Source: Candidatus Omnitrophota bacterium
Lineage (GTDB): Bacteria; Omnitrophota; Gorgyraeia; Zapsychrales; Zapsychraceae
Length of the DNA: 64,000 nucleotides
Assembly: GCA_050250375.1 (NCBI GenBank)
Contig: JBFWOS010000001.1
Span: forward strand, 1,022,361 to 1,086,360
Reading direction: 5' to 3'
Numbering within the stretch: the first letter of the stretch is position 1; every line of letters starts with the position of its first letter. Both the position numbers and the translations under genes were made by a program. This document shows positions 28,486 through 38,654 of this stretch, in pieces. The notes beneath the pieces were generated by a model. The model searched no databases, had not been told where the DNA came from, and saw only the letters and a program-made list of their open reading frames with translations.

Positions 28486-31445
28486 TTTTTGTATTTTTTT
28501 CCGCTGCCGCACGGGCAGGGGTCGTTGCGTCCGACCTTAGGCCCGTCATTTCGGGCAGGAACCGCCTTGGGAACCTCTTGCGGATGAGGTTGTGAAATCG
28601 GCTGGCGGGGAGCGGCATTGCGGGCAGCATGCCGGATATCTTCCGCGTCGTCATGCACCAGATTCTGAGGCAGGGAACCGAACACACTCTTGATCCGGCG
28701 TCCCGGCGTGATCGGCTGGAGTTTAAAGATCAGTTCGGCGACTTCCTGGTTGACAGACATATGCATGGACTCAAACATAAAAAACCCCTCTTTTTTATAT
28801 TCGATCAGCGGATCGCGCTGCCCGTAAGAGCGCAAACCGATCCCGTCCTTGAGCAGGTCCATCGCGTAAAGGTGGTCTTTCCACTTGGAATCGATGGTGT
28901 TGAGCATCAGCATTCTTTCCAGATAACGCATCTCTTCAGCGCCGAACTCTTCCTCTTTCCTGCTGTACATCTGATTCAGGTCATCCATGATGATCTTGAC
29001 GATTTCTTCCTGCGTTTTTTCCCTGATCTGGTCTTTGTGCCCAATCATATCGTAATAAAAACCGGTCTTTAAATAAGCGTTCAACCCGTCAAAATTCCAT
29101 TCGTCTTCCTTGCCCGGAGTAAACAGATGTTCATTCACCGCCGGGGAAATGACGCTTTGAATAGCGTCAAAAATGAGATATTTGATATCGGAACTTTCCA
29201 GCACCAGGCGGCGCAAATCGTAAATCACTTCACGCTGGCGGTTCATGACATCGTCATATTCCAGCAGGTGTTTACGGATTTCAAAGTTGTGGTTCTCCAC
29301 CCGCTTCTGGGCGTTTTCAAGCGCCTTGTTCAGCCACGGATGTTCCAGCACCTGACCTTCTTCCATCCCGAGCTTTTCCATCACGCTGATAATCCGCTCC
29401 GAGGCAAACAGACGCATCAGATCATCTTCAAGGGACACGTAAAACTTTGACGCGCCCGGGTCGCCCTGACGGCCCTGTCGTCCGCGCAGCTGGTTATCAA
29501 TGCGGCGGGATTCATGCCGTTCGGTCCCCAATACGAATAATCCGCCCTGCTCGATGACCTTTTTCTGCTCCGCCTGACATTGTTCCCGGAACTGATTGAT
29601 AAATTTTTGCGTCATCTCGTTGCGCTCGGCTTCATCCGCCCCGTCTTTAAGTTTCTGACTGACCAGGTTGACGGCCAGATAAGCGGCGTTTCCTCCCAGG
29701 ACAATGTCGGTACCGCGGCCGGCCATGTTCGTCGCGATCGTTACCGCCCCGAATCGTCCGGCCTGGGCGATGATGTTCGCTTCCTGCATGTGAAACTTCG
29801 CGTTGAGGACATTATGCGGGACACCTTTTTGTTTCAAATAGGTCGACAGCAATTCTGATTTTTCAATGGAGATCGTCCCGACCAAAACGGGCTGCCCCCT
29901 CTTGTGGCACTCCGCGATATCGTTAACAACGGCGGTATATTTTTCTTTCTGGGTCTTATAAATGGCATCCGGATGGTTGAGCCGCTGCAGGCGTTTGTTG
30001 GTCGGGATTGCCACACAATCAAGCTTATAGATCTGTTTAAATTCCGTGGCCTCGGTATAGGCTGTACCGGTCATGCCGGATAATTTCTCGTACAGACGGA
30101 AATAGTTCTGGAACGTGATGGTGGACAGGGTCTGTGTTTCCCGTTCGATCTTGATGCCTTCCTTGGCCTCCACCGCCTGGTGCAGACCATCGGACCAGCG
30201 ACGGCCGGGCATCATACGACCGGTAAATTCATCGACGATAATGACCTCGCCTTCCTGGACCACGTAGTCAACATCCTTCTGGAAAAATTCCTTGGCCTTA
30301 AGAGCGGCAAGGATATGGTGCCGGTGCTCAATCGTTTCCATGTCATGCAGATTATCAATGCCAAGCATCTTGGCCGCTTTTTCTTCTCCGGCATCTGTCA
30401 TTGCGATCGACTTATTCTTCTCGTCCGCCATGTAATCATAACCAACGCTTAAATCAATCTCTTTATGTTTGGCATCAATCTCGTCATTTTCCGTGATGCG
30501 GCGTCCTTTTAACGCCTTGCTGATATCAAACGCCTTGTAATATTTGTCGGTCGCCTGTTCAGACGGACCTGAAATGATCAGCGGTGTACGGGCCTCGTCA
30601 ACAAGGATGCTGTCGACTTCGTCCACAATCGCAAAATGATGCGGACGCTGGACCATCTGTTCCTTGAAACTGACCATGTTGTCTCGCAGATAATCAAAAC
30701 CGAATTCATTGTTGGTCCCGTAAGTGATGTCGCAGCCGTACGCCTGCTGGCGCTGGGCCGGAACCAAATCATGCAGGATCACGCCGACGGTCAGGCCTAA
30801 AAACTTAAAAATCGGCTCCATCCACTCCATGTCTCTTTTCGCCAGGTAATCATTCACCGTGACAATGTGAACCCCTTCACCGGTCAAGGCATTGAGATAC
30901 GCCGGCAGGGTGGCGCACAGGGTCTTTCCTTCTCCGGTCGTCATTTCCGAAATGTTTCCTCCGTTAAGGACGATCCCCCCGACCATCTGGACGTCGAAAT
31001 GACGCATTTTCAAAACCCGCCAGGACGTTTCCCGGACCACCGCGAACGCCTCCGGCAATATTTCCTTCAGGGCATCCTGTTTGGTTTTGCGGTATTTTTC
31101 CTCGGCTTCATCAATCTTGTTATTCAAATCCGTCTTCTCGGCATTATCCGTCGAAGTGTTGTATTTTTCCCGCAGGTCATCGTATGCCTTTTTATCCGGT
31201 TCAATGGCCTTGTTATACCGGGCCTTGAATGCCGGGGTGTACGCTTTAAGCTGTTCATCGGTCAGGCTTTTCATTTTTTCTTCAAAAGAATTGATCTGGC
31301 TGACAACCGGAACCATTTTCTTGAGCATCCGGATCGACGGCAAAGGCAGATCCTCCGGGACATGCAGATTAACCTTGGGGGTCTGCCTGTCAATCAGTTT
31401 CTGGGTGGATTTAGCCGCCGCTTTTTGAAAAATAAAATCTAACAT
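28470..31445 (-). CDS. secA: Preprotein translocase subunit SecA
   Basis: [42 protein letters not shown] motif [18 protein letters not shown]. Confidence 0.99.
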   Translation of the reverse strand: MLDFIFQKAAAKSTQKLIDRQTPKVNLHVPEDLPLPSIRMLKKMVPVVSQINSFEEKMKSLTDEQLKAYTPAFKARYNKAIEPDKKAYDDLREKYNTSTDNAEKTDLNNKIDEAEEKYRKTKQDALKEILPEAFAVVRETSWRVLKMRHFDVQMVGGIVLNGGNISEMTTGEGKTLCATLPAYLNALTGEGVHIVTVNDYLAKRDMEWMEPIFKFLGLTVGVILHDLVPAQRQQAYGCDITYGTNNEFGFDYLRDNMVSFKEQMVQRPHHFAIVDEVDSILVDEARTPLIISGPSEQATDKYYKAFDISKALKGRRITENDEIDAKHKEIDLSVGYDYMADEKNKSIAMTDAGEEKAAKMLGIDNLHDMETIEHRHHILAALKAKEFFQKDVDYVVQEGEVIIVDEFTGRMMPGRRWSDGLHQAVEAKEGIKIERETQTLSTITFQNYFRLYEKLSGMTGTAYTEATEFKQIYKLDCVAIPTNKRLQRLNHPDAIYKTQKEKYTAVVNDIAECHKRGQPVLVGTISIEKSELLSTYLKQKGVPHNVLNAKFHMQEANIIAQAGRFGAVTIATNMAGRGTDIVLGGNAAYLAVNLVSQKLKDGADEAERNEMTQKFINQFREQCQAEQKKVIEQGGLFVLGTERHESRRIDNQLRGRQGRQGDPGASKFYVSLEDDLMRLFASERIISVMEKLGMEEGQVLEHPWLNKALENAQKRVENHNFEIRKHLLEYDDVMNRQREVIYDLRRLVLESSDIKYLIFDAIQSVISPAVNEHLFTPGKEDEWNFDGLNAYLKTGFYYDMIGHKDQIREKTQEEIVKIIMDDLNQMYSRKEEEFGAEEMRYLERMLMLNTIDSKWKDHLYAMDLLKDGIGLRSYGQRDPLIEYKKEGFFMFESMHMSVNQEVAELIFKLQPITPGRRIKSVFGSLPQNLVHDDAEDIRHAARNAAPRQPISQPHPQEVPKAVPARNDGPKVGRNDPCPCGSGKKYKKCCGE

Positions 31446-31503
31446 GATAAATTATCCTTATGGTTTGTCTTGCTTTTAATCTCTCGCTTCTAAAAGCCCA
31501 ATG

Positions 31504-32599
31504 TTATTTTTTTGCCTTTTCACGCAAAAATGCCTCGATAAACATATCGATCCCCCCGTCCATCACCTTGGTGACATTGCCGGTTTCCGCATCCGTGCGG
31601 TGATCTTTAACCAGAGAATACGGATGCATGACGTAGGACCGGATCTGGGAACCCCATTCGATCTTCTGTTTGACACCGTACTCATCCGCCATGCGCTCTT
31701 CCTTTTCCTTGGCTTTCAGTTCATACAAGCGCGCCCGTAAAATCTTCATCGCCGTCTGGCGGTTGTGCAGCTGTGAGCGTTCATTTTGACATTGTACCAC
31801 AATGTTGGTCGGCAAATGCGTAATCCTCACCGCCGAATCAGTCGTGTTAACGCTCTGCCCTCCCGGGCCTGACGAACGGAAAATATCAATCCTCAGTTCG
31901 TCGGGATTAATCTGGACCTCCACATCATCTTCGATTTCGGGGATCACATCCACCGAAGCGAAAGAAGTATGCCGGCGTTTGTTTGAATCAAACGGGGAGA
32001 TGCGCACCAGCCGGTGCACCCCTTTTTCCGCTTTCAGATATCCGTAAGCCATGTCGCCCTCGATCTCCAGGGTGACGTTTTTCACCCCGGCCTCTTCACC
32101 GGGCAGGATGTCGATCGTCTTAACGGCGTAACCCTTTTCATCGGCATACCGGGTGTACATCCGCAAAAGCATATTGGTCCAGTCACAGGATTCGGTGCCG
32201 CCGGCCCCGGCATTGATACTGAGAATCGCGTTGTTGCGGTCAAACGGCCCGGACAGGATCGTCTTGAGCTCAAGGTCATCGACGGTTTTCTCCAGCGTTT
32301 CCAGTTCGGCCTGGACCTGGCCCAGGAACTCCTGGTCCCCTTCCGACATTTCCGCCAGTTCTTTGAGTTCGGTCAATTTCTCAAGGCCATTATTAAAGGG
32401 ATCCACACAGCCTTTCAGATATTTCAATTCCTTCATCAGTTTGTTGGATTGTTCGGAGTCATCCCAAAAATTGGGCTGGCTCATCTTGTCCTGGATACTT
32501 TTGATGGACTCTACCTTGTTGGAAAGGTCAAAGATACCCCCTGAGATTGTGGAGTTTATCTTCTATATCGGCGATTCTATCTTTGATTTCGGCAAGCAT
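31504..32599 (-). CDS. prfB: Peptide chain release factor 2 (programmed +1 frameshift)
   Basis: ORF1 MLAEIKDRIADIEDKLHNLRGYL* followed by a +1 frame containing the SPF and GGQ motifs. Confidence 0.97.
32527..32542 (-). promoter_or_regulatory. prfB frameshift signal AGGGGG-TAT-CTT-TGA-C
   Basis: Canonical internal SD plus slippery CTT TGA C. Confidence 0.95.
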
Positions 32600-32705
32600 A
32601 TAAATAAGTAATATTATTAGTATTCAGATTTAATAAAGGCGTATTATAACACAACCGATCTTGATTGCAATAAGGCTGATTATCCCGCAAAATCAACCCA
32701 TTTTT

Positions 32706-33392
32706 TTAAAACCGGTATTTGAAAATGCCACCGAACATGGAAATGGCTTTAGGCCAGCTGATCTTTTTTCCTTCTTTGGATGTTCGGGCCACATAGTGAA
32801 TCGGGATTTCCATGATCCTTCGCTTCTGGCGGATCAATTTGGCGGTGATCTCGGTCTCAAACGTAAAATGCCTGGACTCAATGGTCAACGGTTTGACAAT
32901 TTCACTCCTGAACAGTTTGTAACACGTATTGATATCCGTCAGTTTGACCGGATACAGGAGATTGAAGACGGTATTTGAAAGAATATTCGCCCAGCGGTTA
33001 ATCGGCCGCATTTGCCGGATCTGCCCCAAAAACCTGGAACCGTAAACAGCGTCCGCCCGGCCCTGTAAAATCGGATGAAGTAACAAAGGATATTGGCCCG
33101 GATCATATTCCAGGTCCGCGTCCTGGATGATAATTAATTCACCGGTCGCTTCTTTGATCCCGCGGGCCACGGCTGATGTTTTTCCAAGATTTTGCTGCTG
33201 ACGGATCATCCGGACGGAAGAAGACCGCTGGCATTCTATTATATTCCGGTTTGTATTGTCGGTCGAACCATCGTCAACGACCAGGATTTCCAGCTCCATC
33301 TTTTCCGGCAATTCTACCGCCAGCACACGGTTAATAATCGCCCGGACTGTGTTCTCTTCATTATAAACCGGGATGATGACCGATAATTTCAT
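32706..33392 (-). CDS. Glycosyltransferase family 2 (DPM1-like)
   Basis: SVIIPVYNE, VDDGSTD, QDADLEYDP, VYGSRF, DINTCYK. Confidence 0.92.
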   Translation of the reverse strand: MKLSVIIPVYNEENTVRAIINRVLAVELPEKMELEILVVDDGSTDNTNRNIIECQRSSSVRMIRQQQNLGKTSAVARGIKEATGELIIIQDADLEYDPGQYPLLLHPILQGRADAVYGSRFLGQIRQMRPINRWANILSNTVFNLLYPVKLTDINTCYKLFRSEIVKPLTIESRHFTFETEITAKLIRQKRRIMEIPIHYVARTSKEGKKISWPKAISMFGGIFKYRF

Positions 33393-33475
33393 ATAAAATC
33401 TCCCAATTAATCAACAAATGCTTTACAAGAGAAATCCATTTTATACAATAGTGTCAGCCTTAAATTATCTATGTC

Positions 33476-33997
33476 TTGGCCGTCCGCAAAGAGAAAACAA
33501 TGAAAATGAATGATCAAAAGAAACTTCAGGGGGTCACACTTTTTTCAGTGCTGCTGATCGTCTACAGCCTTTGGCAGTTAGCGCTCATTTTGGATTTTCC
33601 CAGGTATAAATATATTTTTCAATTCTTGCCCGATACAAGCCTGTTGATCCGATTCTCCGGATCAATCACCTTACGGATTCTGACAATCATCCTGGCAGCC
33701 GGTATACTGTCCTACAAAAATCGTTTTCGAAAGGCGTTGATCTTTCTCAGCATTTACAACATCCTTACCGTCTATTGGAAACACCCGTATGAAGCCTTTG
33801 TCAACTGGGACCGTTATTATCAAATCTCACCGGAAAAGATCAACACCCTGATTTATCGGATTCTTGGAAACATGGCGATTGATTATCAGACCATTAAAAT
33901 AATCTCTGTGGCGGCCGCCTGTATTTCCGACGTGCTGTTTTATGGTGCTATCATCTATTATTTCACCCGTCCGCCAGTGAAGCAACGATTCACATAA
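33476..33997 (+). CDS. Hypothetical membrane protein (paralog of 27931-28485)
   Basis: Four TMs; YWKHPY and IYYFTRPPVKQRF motifs. Confidence 0.7.
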   Translation: MAVRKEKTMKMNDQKKLQGVTLFSVLLIVYSLWQLALILDFPRYKYIFQFLPDTSLLIRFSGSITLRILTIILAAGILSYKNRFRKALIFLSIYNILTVYWKHPYEAFVNWDRYYQISPEKINTLIYRILGNMAIDYQTIKIISVAAACISDVLFYGAIIYYFTRPPVKQRFT

Positions 33998-34024
33998 TTC
34001 CCGGTTTATATTTCCATAACAGGA

Positions 34025-34720
34025 TCACGCATACCGGCAAACCGCCACCAGCGATTGACCGAACGGCAACCTCAATTTTGATTCGAGCCGGCTGATGGCC
34101 GGTACACCCGCGTCAAGCCAGCGGCAAATACGCGGATTGAACCGGCGGCTTTTCAAGACCCGTCCGGAAATAAACCATGAAACTGTTCCAAGAATGTTCA
34201 TATAATATTGTTTTTCTGTCCTGAGACCGGCCCTGGTTACGCAATCTTCCAATGTTTTTTTATCGTACCTTCGGCAATGGCCCACCAACGCGTCTAATGA
34301 ACCATACAAACAATCCAGTGCCGGCACCAGCAACACGATCCGTCCGCTTTTTTTCAGCAGCCGTTTCATATTTTCCAACGCCTTAACATCCTCTTTAATG
34401 TGTTCCAGTACGTTGACGCATGTGATCGTATCAATGGACTGCAGGGGGATCTGCGATAACAATTCTTCCTGAAGAATAGAATTTTTCAAAACCCGGACAT
34501 TTTCCTGCCGTTCAAACATTTGTCTGAGATTTTCCGTCATGACTTCATCTTCATCCACGAGAATAATCTCCTCTGCCGTACTCTCAGGATAATATTGAAC
34601 GATATTGCCTATCCCGCTGCCAATGTCCATGACCCGGCCCTGCAGGTAGCTGCTGATTTTCTGAAAAATCCAGAAATTATAATTTCTGGAATCACGGATG
34701 GTTTCTAATGTTTCTAAAAT
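34025..34720 (-). CDS. Class I SAM-dependent methyltransferase (probable ATT start)
   Basis: DIGSGIG and NVLEHI motifs. The frame extends 30 codons upstream of the track's ATG to an ATT lying 7 nt after an AGGAG SD. Confidence 0.75.
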   Translation of the reverse strand: MLETLETIRDSRNYNFWIFQKISSYLQGRVMDIGSGIGNIVQYYPESTAEEIILVDEDEVMTENLRQMFERQENVRVLKNSILQEELLSQIPLQSIDTITCVNVLEHIKEDVKALENMKRLLKKSGRIVLLVPALDCLYGSLDALVGHCRRYDKKTLEDCVTRAGLRTEKQYYMNILGTVSWFISGRVLKSRRFNPRICRWLDAGVPAISRLESKLRLPFGQSLVAVCRYA

Positions 34721-34734
34721 AAAAAAGCTCCTGT

Positions 34735-36249
34735 TTAGGGGATACTGCCCTGAATGTTTACTTTCTTTTTTCTTACCCGGTACAATGAATTTTGGACAAC
34801 CGAATGCACCAGGACATCATTGTACCAATCCTCAATCATGCGATCGCCCATATGTTCAAATTCAAAATTGGCGTGCATAAATTCATCGAATTTCAAATGG
34901 TCTGGAAATCCGTTCAGGCCGGTGTCAGTAATATACACGGGAATATTATTTCCCAGCAGAAAATCAATCCGGTTTTTGTATTTTAACAGTTCGTTTGGGC
35001 GGGCTTCAAAAAGGGTTACCGGCACCCCCAGCGGGATCCGGCGCGCGTAATATTTGATAAAAAGAGAATGGTCTCGTTCGATGATCGTGGCCCCGGGTTC
35101 TGTCACCAGATTCATCCAGCGGTAAAAGTCCGGCAGAAGTGCATAATCATGACGGAATTTTACGGTCTGGTAAATCCCGATTCCATTTATACTGAGCGAC
35201 ACGATCAAACACGCCATCACGACTTTGAATTGTTTAGGATTGATATTATTGAAAAGCGAAGCGGCGTAACTCAACGGAATGATGAGCATAATCGCCGGAA
35301 TCAGGTAGATCCGTGGAAGGCTGTACCAGAACAGGGCAAAAACCAGCATCGGAAGAAAGACCAGCCCCATAATACAGACAAACCACGGCCGGTCTCTTTT
35401 GGCCAACAGCCAGAATCCCGCCACTGCCCCCAGGCAGCCCAGCAGAGAAACCGACGTAAACATCCACTTGAGAACAATGCGGATGGTATTCAGATCGACC
35501 CGGCCCAATGTCTGTGAAATCATCATCATATAATGCGGAAGGAAATCCGCGGCCACAAAATTTTTCCGGTTGACCAGAGAGGGGATATAAAAAATCGTAC
35601 TCACCGCAAGAACGATTAAAAAGAATACAAACAGGTCTTTGACCGGGAGTTTTCTTTCAGCCATACCGGGCCGGGTCCATAGAAGGAGCGCTAGCGCCGG
35701 GGCCGTTGCCACCAGGTCCTGCAACCGGGCTGCCCCCAGCAGGCCGAAAATTATCCCCGAGAAAAAAAGATTCAATCTATTTCCGGTCTGGAAATACTGA
35801 ACCATCCATAACAATCCCGCCAAAAACAACAAGGCCGCCAGGACCTGGCTGTTACCGAACGTTGATACTCCCAAAAATATGGTGTTAAACGACAAGACCA
35901 GAGCGCCGACCAATGCGGCTTGGCGACCAAACAGTTTGTGTAAAAAAAGATAAAAGACGGGAACGCACAGAGAGCTTAAAACAACGTTCATAAAGTTGAC
36001 GGCCAATACGATATCCGTCATGCCTAGCCACTTTCCAAATCCGACAAAAACCGCCCCCATAATCGTTGTGAACGGCAAGCCGGTTCCTTCCAGATAGTGA
36101 ACTCGGAACGTTTCCAAGGTGGATTTGGACTGGACCGCGAGCAAAAGACAATCGGCGTAAAACGGACCCTTGCTGATTAAAGAGAGCCTGAATAGGAAAT
36201 TCAACAAGAATAAAAAAAACAGGATAAACGTCTGCCGGGATATTTTCAT
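34735..36249 (-). CDS. GT-C membrane glycosyltransferase (ArnT/PMT-like)
   Basis: About 11 TMs; an N-terminal loop Asp (GPFYADC); soluble C-terminal domain; adjacent to GT2 and methyltransferase genes. Confidence 0.65.
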   Translation of the reverse strand: MKISRQTFILFFLFLLNFLFRLSLISKGPFYADCLLLAVQSKSTLETFRVHYLEGTGLPFTTIMGAVFVGFGKWLGMTDIVLAVNFMNVVLSSLCVPVFYLFLHKLFGRQAALVGALVLSFNTIFLGVSTFGNSQVLAALLFLAGLLWMVQYFQTGNRLNLFFSGIIFGLLGAARLQDLVATAPALALLLWTRPGMAERKLPVKDLFVFFLIVLAVSTIFYIPSLVNRKNFVAADFLPHYMMMISQTLGRVDLNTIRIVLKWMFTSVSLLGCLGAVAGFWLLAKRDRPWFVCIMGLVFLPMLVFALFWYSLPRIYLIPAIMLIIPLSYAASLFNNINPKQFKVVMACLIVSLSINGIGIYQTVKFRHDYALLPDFYRWMNLVTEPGATIIERDHSLFIKYYARRIPLGVPVTLFEARPNELLKYKNRIDFLLGNNIPVYITDTGLNGFPDHLKFDEFMHANFEFEHMGDRMIEDWYNDVLVHSVVQNSLYRVRKKKVNIQGSIP

Positions 36250-36276
36250 CGGTTCATATTAGCAGTACCGCTTCAT

Positions 36277-37356
36277 TTAGTCCAGATTCCGCTTAAGCCC
36301 CTTCAACTCAAGGTTAAAATCGTCCTTGCTGTCCGCGTAACGGCGGGCGACCGATTCATCAACAATCCCTTTCCTGACTTTCTCAACCAGGGACTGCTTG
36401 AACGAACGCATCCCGAACAATTCTCCGTCATCAATATAATTCTGGATTTCCCGGATACGTCCTTCCCGGATCAGGCGGGCAATCGTCGGAGTGACCACCA
36501 TCGTCTCGTAAGCCGGGATGCGGCCTTTTCCGTCTTTACAGGGAAGAAGCCTTAAGGAAATGGTCCCCTTCAAGATCATTGAGAGCTGCATGCGGATCTC
36601 ATCGTGCAGATGCGGGGGGAAAAAATTTACAATCCGGATGATCGTCTGCACCGCGTTAATCGTGTGGAAGGTGGTCATGACAAATGTCCCCAGCTCCGTC
36701 GCGGTAATGGCGGCCCGCATCGTTTCCGTGTCCCGGATGTTGCCGATATAAATGATATCCGGACTCTGCTGGGTCACGTGTTTGAGCGCCTTGGGATAAC
36801 TCACGACATCAATCTCGAGTTCGCGCTGGTTGATGATGCATTTGTTATCTCTAAAAAGGTATTCAATCGGGTCTTCGATGGTGACAATGTGCTGGGAGGT
36901 GATGTCGTTAATGTACTGGATCATACTGGCGATCGTCGTTGATTTCCCGTTCCCGGCCGGGCCGCTCACAATAAACAACCCCTTGCACTCTTCGCAAAAC
37001 AGCTTGCAGATTTCCACAGGAAGATTGAGTTCATCGAATGAACGGATCTTGGAATGGACATACCGCGCGACTAGGGCCGGTGTTCCGCGCTGGGTAAAAA
37101 TATTGATTCTGAAGCGTCCGATCTCCGGTTCTTCGTGGATAAAATCAATATCCAGTTCTTCCTTGAACTGTTTGCGGCGTTTATCATTGGCCAGCAGGAC
37201 GGTGACGATTTGCTCCATCTCATCCCGTGAAATTTCATGGTCACTCAAGATATCCACCCGGCCGTTGATCCTTGCCCGCGGCTTGGCCTTGGTGCGCAGA
37301 TAAAGATCGGAGGCGTCTTTCTTGACCATCAATTGAAAAAGCACCGATACATTCAT
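36277..37356 (-). CDS. Type IV pilus retraction ATPase (PilT/PilU family)
   Basis: ASDLYL, GPAGNGKSTT, TIEDPIEY, NQRE, T.HT.NA. Confidence 0.9.
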   Translation of the reverse strand: MNVSVLFQLMVKKDASDLYLRTKAKPRARINGRVDILSDHEISRDEMEQIVTVLLANDKRRKQFKEELDIDFIHEEPEIGRFRINIFTQRGTPALVARYVHSKIRSFDELNLPVEICKLFCEECKGLFIVSGPAGNGKSTTIASMIQYINDITSQHIVTIEDPIEYLFRDNKCIINQRELEIDVVSYPKALKHVTQQSPDIIYIGNIRDTETMRAAITATELGTFVMTTFHTINAVQTIIRIVNFFPPHLHDEIRMQLSMILKGTISLRLLPCKDGKGRIPAYETMVVTPTIARLIREGRIREIQNYIDDGELFGMRSFKQSLVEKVRKGIVDESVARRYADSKDDFNLELKGLKRNLD

Positions 37357-37367
37357 ATGATTTCTCC

Positions 37368-38654
37368 CTATTGGCTGTATTTTTTTTCCAAATCCAGCAA
37401 GATTTTTTTGGATGATTCCTTTTTCGTAAATACGTTTTTGCCCCTGAGGTGTCGGTGGTAGTTGAGTGCGAAACGGTGGGCTTCATCCCGGGTCCTCTGC
37501 AGCAGCTTCAGTCCCAGGGAATCTAATGATAGTTTAACAGGATTCTTTTTGTTCGGTACATAAATCTCTTCTTCTTTTTTGGCCAGCGAGACCATCGGGA
37601 CATCAATGCCGATCTTGATCAGTTCGGCCCGGGCCGCCGAGAGCTGGCCTTTCCCCCCGTCGATCACGATCAGGTCCGGAAACATTTTCCCTTCCCTTTT
37701 GAGCCGGCGGTAACGCCGCCGGACAACCTCCGCCATCATTTTAAAATCATCAATCCCTTCGGTTTCTTTAATCTTGAAACGCCGGTAATTATTCTTGTCC
37801 GGTTTTCCGTTTAAAAAAGAAACCATCGATCCGACGGCCTGGTTCCCCATGATGTTGGAGATATCAAACGTTTCGATCCGGTTCGGCAATCTGGGCAGGT
37901 TCAGCACGCGTTGCAATTGTTCGGCCTCCTTGTAATAATTGATATCCCCGGTTCCGGAATATAACGCGCCGATGGCCCGCAGCTGGTCACGCACCTTGGC
38001 GGCCTGCTCAAACCGTTTGGCCATGGCATGCGCTTCCATCTCATTGTGAAGTTTCTTGTACAGGTCATCTTTACGCCCTTCCAGGATAAGCTTGATGATT
38101 TTGATATTGCGCGCGTATTCTTTTTTGGTGATTTTCTTGATGCAGGGCGCGTCGCATAAACCGATGTGGAAATCCAGGCATTCCTTTTCAGGAAACGGGT
38201 CGCAGGTGCGAAAGTGGAATATCTTGCGAAGCAGGGCCAGCGCTTCACGGATCAACCCGGGATTGATATAAGGCCCGAAATAAGTATACCCTATTTTTCG
38301 GCGGTTTGGTCGTTCAACGGAAATCCGCGGGAACTCTTCATCCGTAATCTGGATCAGCGGAAAAGTCTTGTCATCCCTCAATTCCACATTGAACTTGGGA
38401 TCATATTTCTTGATAAGACTGGCTTCCAGGATCAGCGCTTCAGCCTCGCTGGCGGTCTCGATATAATCAATATCATCAATATTCTCAACCAGGATATCGG
38501 TTTTGGACATTGTCTTTCTGGTCCGGAAATACGACTGGACCCGTTTCCTGATCGAGATGGCCTTGCCGACATAGATGACTGTGCCGTCTTTATCCTTCAT
38601 CAGGTAAACCCCGCTGGTCAGCGGCAGGGACTTAACTTTTTCTTCCAAATCCAT
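37368..38654 (-). CDS. uvrC: Excinuclease ABC subunit C (compact form)
   Basis: GVY...YVGKA GIY-YIG, Cys cluster, UVR motif, IETFDISN, DGGKGQL, RDEAHRFA; no HhH tail. Confidence 0.9.
   Translation of the reverse strand: MDLEEKVKSLPLTSGVYLMKDKDGTVIYVGKAISIRKRVQSYFRTRKTMSKTDILVENIDDIDYIETASEAEALILEASLIKKYDPKFNVELRDDKTFPLIQITDEEFPRISVERPNRRKIGYTYFGPYINPGLIREALALLRKIFHFRTCDPFPEKECLDFHIGLCDAPCIKKITKKEYARNIKIIKLILEGRKDDLYKKLHNEMEAHAMAKRFEQAAKVRDQLRAIGALYSGTGDINYYKEAEQLQRVLNLPRLPNRIETFDISNIMGNQAVGSMVSFLNGKPDKNNYRRFKIKETEGIDDFKMMAEVVRRRYRRLKREGKMFPDLIVIDGGKGQLSAARAELIKIGIDVPMVSLAKKEEEIYVPNKKNPVKLSLDSLGLKLLQRTRDEAHRFALNYHRHLRGKNVFTKKESSKKILLDLEKKYSQ

Noticed and set aside
31504-32599. prfB as a pseudogene or novel recoding event
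   Set aside because: This is the well-known programmed +1 frameshift.
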